Source: Eledone cirrhosa (lineage: Eukaryota). Taken from it: a DNA stretch of 64,000 nt. The position numbers were made by a program, and so were the translations under genes. Position 1 is the stretch's first letter. The number at the start of each line of letters is the position of its first letter. The stretch spans positions 182,404,001 through 182,468,000 of the forward strand of contig OZ024741.1 of assembly GCA_964016885.1 (NCBI GenBank), read 5' to 3'. Below the pieces are notes generated by a model that made no database searches, was not told the origin of the DNA, and worked only from the letters and a program-made list of their open reading frames with translations. Positions 56,355-64,000 of the stretch are shown in pieces.

Positions 56355-57078
56355 GAAATGTTTGCTCTACATCGCTAAATACAATAAATGCAATCTGAGG
56401 TTTTCGAATATTAATAATAACATTCGATTCGTTTGCACAAAGAAGCCTAATTTGTATAGCCATGTCAGTAGAATGAACCCTTCATTCTTGCTCTTTTGTT
56501 ATATAATTGTCACCCTAATATGCAAATCAGGCCGATCAGTCACTGTGTATTTTAGAAAATAGCATATATTTTCATTAGCTCTGACAGTTTGGCAGGTGAA
56601 CAATGAGCTCTACTGATGAAGGGTGATACCCAGAAACATTAGTGTCTGCAGTTCTGTTCACATGCCAACAAAAGAGCAATGTGAAGGGTTCATTCTACTG
56701 ACATGGCTATAAAAATGAGGCTTGTTTGTCTAATTGCAAACGAATCGAATATTATTATTAATATTCGAAAAACTCAGATTGCATTTATTGTATTCAGCCA
56801 TGTAGAGCGAAAATTTTCTTTTTTTATTTGAATGTGGCAAAGCCAGCCATTTATCGCTCGTATACAGGAAACTGATTGCCAGTCTCCTGATATGCAAATC
56901 TGGCTGATCAGTGGATCTACTAATATGCAATTCTGACTGATCAGCCAGTCTGCTAATCCGCAAATCAGGCCGATCAGTCACTGTATATTTTTGAAAATAG
57001 CATATATTTTCAATAGCTCTGACAGTTGGCAGGTGAACAGTGAGCTGTACTGATAAAGGGTGATACCTGCAGTTCTGT
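56351..57078 (+). mobile_element. About 438-bp retrozyme-like partial tandem with 5' inverted segment
   Basis: 56351-56484 is inverted relative to 56682-56820. 56522-56632 is repeated at 56960-57068. HHR CTGATGA-aGGG-tgata-CCCa-GAAACA-ttag-TGTC-TGCAG at about 56608-56651. Confidence 0.8.
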
Positions 57079-57088
57079 GTGTGTGTGC

Positions 57089-57132
<44 letters not shown>

Positions 57133-57136
<4 letters not shown>

Positions 57137-57873
57137 GAAAAAGATGAAATCGAAAATGCAATTGGAGTCTTTTTAAAAATTTATATATATTTATTTGATT
57201 CCTTTACCAGTTTCGCAGTTCTTCTGCTTTTAAAAAGTAGAATTGAGATGGAGGGTTTGTGGGTTTTCTCACATCTGGTTAGTCTTTGAATGTTACTTCT
57301 GTTTTATATGGAAAAAAAATGGCTCGAAATGCTAGGTTTTTAGAGAAGTAATTTGGTTGGTTGGTGTATAAGTATAATAAATTTCGCGCCAGTTCGCGTT
57401 ACAAAGCTCTTATTATATTTCCCTTCAAACAAAGGGGAGGCTCAGGTTGTTTTTTCATATATGAGTGAAGTTTGGTTGGTTGATGCAGTCACGTGAATAA
57501 ACACATCAGCTTTCGCGCCAGTTTGTGTTTGAATTTCTTTTTACTTAAAAAAAGGTGGCCCACGAAGGCTTTTTTTTTTATAAATGTAATTTGATTGGTT
57601 ATAAATGAAATTATGACTGTCACGTGAACAAGTACATTAGATTTCGCACCTGTATTTTGGAATTTTTTTGTAGCCATTTAGAGAATTTTGTGCCAAACAA
57701 AAGATAATGGTCAAGAAAAAGGGATGGAGAGAGTTGTTCTGAGTATGACTGATGTGCTGAAATGTAATTTGATTGGTTATAAATGAAATTACGACTGTCA
57801 CGTGAACAAGTACATTAAATTTCGGGCCCGTATTTGGGAATTTATTTTGTAGCCTTTTAGAGAATTTTGTGCC
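57133..57873 (-). mobile_element. Probable PLE pseudo-LTR fragment
   Basis: Shares GTCACGTG/TTTCGCGCC/ATTGG motifs with the 35020-35580 arm. Degenerate HHR-like AAAA-GCAG-aagaa-CTGC-GAAACTGGTA on the minus strand. Confidence 0.5.
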
Positions 57874-58377
57874 AATATATATATACCTGTATGTATATGT
57901 GAAGGCGTGTGGCTGAATGGTTAGAGAATTGGATTCACGATCTTGAGGTTGCGAATTCGATTCCTGGACCGGGCGATGCGTTATGTCCTTCAGCAAGACA
58001 CTTTATTTCCCGTTGCTCCTTCTACCTGGAGTTGCGACCGTTAGATAGTACTAGCAACTGGGAAGAGCGACGAAAACATTGTTTCCTCAGTCCGATTTGA
58101 TGATAGTCTATCGATCCTTTTTTTATACTTGTATGTTTCGGTATGTGCGTCTGCGTGTAATTACTTAAATATGTTAATGTATTTCGCCATCTATATAGGA
58201 TAGTTAGTGCATACTGGAGTGCATATATGGGAAATTATGAAGCACTCCACCCCTTACAGAAATACAACATATAGAAATGCACTCTGTCAATGGTTTTTAG
58301 ATTGTACAAATACATGCACTCAAACGCGTGCACACTCACATATGTACATACATGCATTCATACATACAAATATACAT

Positions 58378-58913
58378 GATAGCTGCCCCCTAGTTATCGA
58401 GTATGGCCATTGCTCGATATACCATTATTAATAATTATTAATTAATTCTATCGTGCAATGCCTGTGCGTAAAGATATTTTTTAAAGTGAGGAAAGACTGT
58501 GCACTGAACCAATCCCACTCTCTGAGTGACAGTAGCTATAACCCGAAAAGAAGAAAAGATCAATATCATCGGTAACTATTGAGCCGCAGGTTTTATATCG
58601 GAGTTATCCCTGTTTCCTGAGTTGCCTTCTCCTAGAAGAATGCCCTGACAATGGCTAGGGGTCCTTCACTCCCAGTGGTTTAACCGCGCGGTACATGTGT
58701 ATATACATATTTACACACTTTTGGATGGCCCTTTTGACTCTTATTAGTTCTTCCGCCCTTTGTCAGATTTTGTTTTTTGTCCTGCAGGGTGACCAAAATC
58801 CCCCTCCTCACCAAGTAGACTTGGTGGGGTTGCCGGTTTAGTCGCCGACGACCCGACCATGCGACAGGTTGTACTGGGTTACATGTTACCAGTAGCACTC
58901 ACGAGTGACCCGA
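58378..58913 (-). mobile_element. Bipartite RTE derivative, family B-like
   Basis: 5' end TCGGGTCACTCGTGAGTGCTACTGGTAACATG; CTAGGAGAAGGCAACTC motif; 3' stem-loop GGCCATACTCGATAACTAGGGGGCAGC. Confidence 0.7.
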
Positions 58914-59106
58914 CAAATATACATACATACGCACGTATGCGGATATATATACATGCATTCAATATATACATACATATACATATATGGGGTGGGAGAATGT
59001 TCGTGTATTTATACATGCGTGTTTCACTGCAATTACATGTAAATGTAAATGCGTAACTCATCACAAAACACGTGAATATAAAGATATTTGCCGAGTTATC
59101 ATGTGT

Positions 59107-59152
<46 letters not shown>

Positions 59153-59279
59153 ATGTGTGTATGTGTGCGTGCGTGCTTGAGACTGTATGTGCAAAATCAT
59201 AAGATTAAACCTTAAGAGACACTAATAAGATTAGAGGTGCAGTAGTTACTACATCAGTCTATAAGCTTTCGGCACGTCA

Positions 59280-59376
<97 letters not shown>

Positions 59377-59580
59377 CACACATATATATATATATATACA
59401 CATACATATATATATAGATATATGCATATATATGTGTGTGTATTTATACTTACACACTAACTCACATACACGCTACACATGTATATATATATATATATAC
59501 ATGCATATATATGTGTGCGTGTGTGTGTGTTTGTGTGAATGTGTGTATGTGTGTATACGTGTATTTAAGTATATATATGC

Positions 59581-59629
<49 letters not shown>

Positions 59630-59720
59630 CATGTGTAGCGTGTATGTGAGTTAGTGTGTAAGTATAAATACACACACATATATATGCATATATCTATATA
59701 TATATATGTATGTGTATATA

Positions 59721-59820
<100 letters not shown>

Positions 59821-60149
59821 TATTTGTGTGTGTATATGAACATCTCATATTTCAGAAATTCATTTTCATTTCCGATGATTGAGCTAAGCTAATATGAATC
59901 TGATGTAATGATGCTGTGGCATATTGCATCTTAACAGAGAATGGTGAGACAGACAAGTAGATAGACAGACATGCAGACTGACAGACCCGCTTCTTCAGTG
60001 AAATATGCTTTAAAATAGACGCATCCTGAAATATGACGTGGTTAGAAGTTTTGAGCAAAATATGCCAAACTTGTCCCCGTATTAACTAATCAGTAAACTT
60101 ATATTTGCTTCCTTGCATTTTTCTAGTGGCTCATTTTATGCTTTTATGT

Positions 60150-60534
60150 ATCTATATATAAATTTGAGCGACTTTCGTCCGTCCATCCAGCCGTCCTTCC
60201 ATCACACACTAGAGATGACTGAGAAAAAAAAAGGGGTGATGACGTCACTCACTAGAGATAGCTGAGGAAGGAAAGTGTGATGACATCACGTACTAGAGAT
60301 GACTGAGGAAGGAAGAGGTGATGACGAACTACAGAAAACAACGCCTCACATTCACTACATTTGTGTGTCTAAGTATGACTTTGTGTAAGTTTATGTGTTG
60401 GTGTGTTTGCGTGAATGTATGTGTATGTTTGTGTGAATATATGTCTATGAGTCTGTACTTTTGTAAGTTTGTCTGTGTCTGCGCTTATAACAATATACTC
60501 ATTCATGCGTCAGGCTTTTGAAAAAAATCTAGTT
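60150..60534 (+). mobile_element. Possible non-autonomous Helitron with internal ~41-bp repeats
   Basis: ATCTATATATAAA start, CTAGT end, ACTAGAGATGACTGAG repeated three times. Confidence 0.45.
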
Positions 60535-61094
60535 TTGTAAATGGTATGGCTTAATTTTGACATTGGGTTGAATATTTGATATCTGGTTCTTCTGTAGTAC
60601 TCTTTATCCCCCCCTCCCTCTCCATCTCTCCCCCCCCTCTCTCTCTCCCTCCTTCTATCTCTCTACCCCTCCCTCTCTCCCTCCTTCTCTCTCTCGTTCT
60701 CTCTCTATCTATCTATCTCGAAACCTTCAATATGGAATATTTCACCCGAAATGTTAGGACATTAAATATCTTTGTTCCTATTGATGTTTAATCTTCCAGC
60801 TGCATCTGCATTGCTGTAACCTTCTAATATACATTTTTATTTTATTTATTATTCCAATGTCTAACTCTAACTTAATGTGTTTCATTTTTCATTTATTTTT
60901 GTTTTCTTAATGTTTATTTGCGACATTTCTATAATTTCATTTTGATATCACTGTTAAATCCATGTTGTTTTAGTAGACCTAATTAACTGCTGATATTAAC
61001 CAATATAAGACTTAATCTGAGTGATAGATGAGAAACAATCCCGTCGAAGGGATCCGAATCACTTACCTCTCACTTAACAATGGATTGGTGCTTG

Positions 61095-61560
61095 GTGTGG
61101 CCTACAATCTCTTCAACAGATTGAGCAACAATCTCTTTGATGGGGTGGGCCACATCCTCTTCGATGGATTGGACTGCAAACCCATCGCTAGAGTGAACTA
61201 CAGTCTCTTTAATGAAGCGGGCCATACGCACTTCAATGGTGTGTGTCACAATTTCTTCGATGGAGTAGGCTACAAGCCCTTTCGATAGATTGGGCTACAG
61301 GCACTTCGATGGAGTGATACTCTCTCCGATGGAGTGAGCTATAGCCCTTTCGATGGGATGGGCTACAGGCCATTGAGCGGGGAGCACTATACGCCCTTGT
61401 GTGGAGTATGCTACAGTCCCCTTCATTGGAATGAGCTACAGTACCTTAGAGGAGAAGTGGGAGTGCTAAGTAACCTTTGACGGAGTGGGCTATAGGCTTT
61501 TCAATTGATTGGGTTGCAGTCATTTCGGTGCATTCGACTACAGTCCCTTTTACAGGATTG
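61095..61560 (+). repeat. Degenerate 24-bp tandem repeat reading as an 8-aa repeat
   Basis: Consensus about ACA.xCCCTTCGATGGAGTGGGCT. ORF 61028-61288 gives ..NLFDGVGH, ILFDGLDC, NFFDGVGY; frameshifts downstream. Confidence 0.75.
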
Positions 61561-63609
61561 GCGCTATGTGGTTCAACGGAGCAGGTGACACCCTCTTCAG
61601 CGGATTGTAGTGTTGGATTTACCAATGCAATCATTGCCGATGGAAACCCTCACCATTTTCCTTCGATTTTTTATGTTACTCTTAAATAAACTTTGAGTAT
61701 TGAGGCAGTTAATGTCTAACGTTTTAGCGTGATTTGAGGGAGATTCGGTTACTATTTCAAACAGGTTGAGTGAACCAGTACATGCTCCCTAATTCGCTTG
61801 AATATTTGTTATTAGTTGTTTGTGGTTAATTGTTGTTTTTGTCTTACGATTGGGCAGACATATGATCAAAGAAGTTTCAGATTTACGTCAGGTATCGCCA
61901 TTATGAAAACTGTTCTTCCTTGTCGTTAATGTTGCTACTGTTGTTGTTGCTACTGTTGCTGTTGTTTTTATTGTTGATGATGTTGACGTTGTTGTTTCTG
62001 TTCATGCTGTTGTTGTAGGTGTTGCTGTTGTGTAGTTGTTTTTGCTACTGTTGGTGTTGGTGATGTTGTTGCTGTTGTTGTAGTTGTAGTTGTTGTTGCT
62101 GTTGCTGTTGCTGCTACTGCTACTGCTACTGCTGCTGCTGGGGGTGAAATTGTAGCCCCAATATAGAAATATGATGGCCACCCTTTAAATCTATGTCTGT
62201 TCCTTGGAGGTTAACTAAAGTCGGAAGGGACTGAACAACACCAACGATTGGCCCTCCCACTCATTCTCATTCTCCACCTTCTTCCCACTTTCCTCTTCCT
62301 TTTCCTCATTCTCCTCCTCTTTCTCTTTCTTCGTCTTTTTTTTCTCCGTTTGCACTTATCTTTTTGAAATTTTCTATCGTTTTTTTTTTTTTTTTTTTTT
62401 TTTTTTCTTAAACTTTAACATTCCAACAAGTTGAAGGAGCAGACGAAAGTAATGAGATACAATTTCTATTTTTGAGTGTAAACATATTTCCGGTCTGTAG
62501 AATAAGACTTTTAAAAGAAGAAAGAGGGAAAAAGAGAGAAGAGAGAAGAGAGAAGATGAAGAAAAAAAATGAGCGAATTCCTTCAGAAAAGTTGGTAAAG
62601 ATGAAATAATTTCGTAAGCTGATAGATAAATGACTTATGTAAATAGTTCTTCATCTAAGTAATGTGTGTAGTAGTGAGAGAAAAAGTTCTTATAAATAGA
62701 CCTGACCAACACGTAATTCTATATACCTGTATGTACTTATGTCTGTCTGTGAGTGATTGTGCTTGTGTGTGTCTGTATGTGTCTATGTGAGTTTAGTTTA
62801 GTGTGTGTGTGTGCGTGTGTGTGTATGCGTGCGTGTGTGAGTACCTGTGTGTGTATGTACACGTGTGTGCGTGTATCTATGTAAAAGTGCGTGCATGTGT
62901 GTACGTGTATGAGTACCTGTGTATGTACACGTGTGTGTGTGTGTGTGTGTGTGTATCTGTGTAAAAGTACGTGCGCGTGTGTGTGTGTGTACACGTATGA
63001 TTAGCTGTGTATGTATACGTGTGTGCGTGTATCTATGTAAAAGCGTGTGCGTGTGCGCGAGAGTGTGTGTGTGTGTGTGTGTGTACGTGTGTGAGTACCT
63101 GTGTGTGTACACGTGTGTGCGTGTATCTATGTAAAAGCGTGTGCGTGTGCGCGAGAGTGTGTGTGTGTGTGTACGTGTGTGAGTACCTGTGTATATACAC
63201 GTGTGTGCGTGGATCTATGTAAAAGCGTGTGCGTGTGCGCGAGAGTGTGTGTGTGTGTACGTATGTGAGTACCTGTGTATGTACATGTGTGTGCGTGTAT
63301 CTATGTAAAAGCGTGTGCGTGTGCGCGAGAGTGTGTGTGTGTGTGTACGTGTGTGAGTACCTGTGTATGTACGAGTGTGTGTGTGTATCTGTGTACGAGT
63401 GCGTGCGTGTCCGTGTGAGTGTGTGTGTGTGCGTGTACGAGTACCAGTGTATATACGCGTGTGTGCGTGTATCTGTTATAAAAGTGTATGCGTGTGTGTA
63501 AATGTGTGAGTACCTGTGTATGTATGCGTGTATCTATGTAAGAGTGCGTCGTACGTATTTATGTGCACGCGTATGAGTGGGAGTGTGTGCGCGCGTACGT
63601 ACATCTGAG

Positions 63610-64000
63610 TGCGTATATGTGTAGGTGTATCTATGTGAGAGTGCGTGTATGTGTAGGTGTATCTATGTGAGAGTGCGTGTATGTGTAGGTGTATCTATGT
63701 GGGAGTGCGTGTATGTGTAGGTGTATCTATGTGAGAGTACGTGTATGTGTAGGTGTATCTATGTGAGAGTGCGTGTATGTGTAGGTGTATCTATGTGGGA
63801 GTGCGTGTATGTGTAGGTGTATCTATGTGAGAGTTCGTGTATGTGTAGGTGTATCTATGTGAGAGTGCGTGTATGTGTAGGTGTATCTATGTGAGAATAT
63901 GTGTATGTGTAGGTGTATCTATGTGGGAGTGCGTGTATGTGTAGGTGTATCTATGTGACAGTATGTGTATGTGTAGGTGTATCTATGTGAGAGTGCATGT
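63610..64000. repeat. 32-bp minisatellite (open at window end)
   Basis: Unit GTGCGTGTATGTGTAGGTGTATCTATGTGAGA. Confidence 0.95.

Overview
AT-rich, microsatellite-saturated animal genomic DNA. An octopus/cephalopod origin is inferred from the SINE family and repeat landscape, not proven. The only confident host coding sequence is the first coding exon of a stum (stumble/SPEC3-like) gene at 5964-6171. I found no second stum exon, so the rest of the window is probably intron. It is filled with transposon material: dozens of copies of one tRNA-derived SINE; R4/Dong-type restriction-like-endonuclease LINE 3' fragments and a bipartite non-autonomous RTE derivative, both sitting in (TACA)n/(TA)n tracts; a 5'-truncated Penelope-like element (PLE) with inverted terminal arms; and mariner, hAT and Helitron-type remnants. 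The main signal is a dense set of type I hammerhead ribozyme (HHR) motifs in short non-coding retrozyme-like units. These include a 310-bp tandem array, a divergent relative with covarying stems, a 540-bp unit whose boundary falls at the predicted self-cleavage site, and copies that fold back at ribozyme stem II. A GC-rich island at about 38449-38850 has Pol II promoter motifs and an H/ACA-like 3' end, and is a candidate ncRNA gene. Most ORFs in the supplied track are microsatellite translations. All alignments and folds were done by eye, so coordinates may be off by a few bases.
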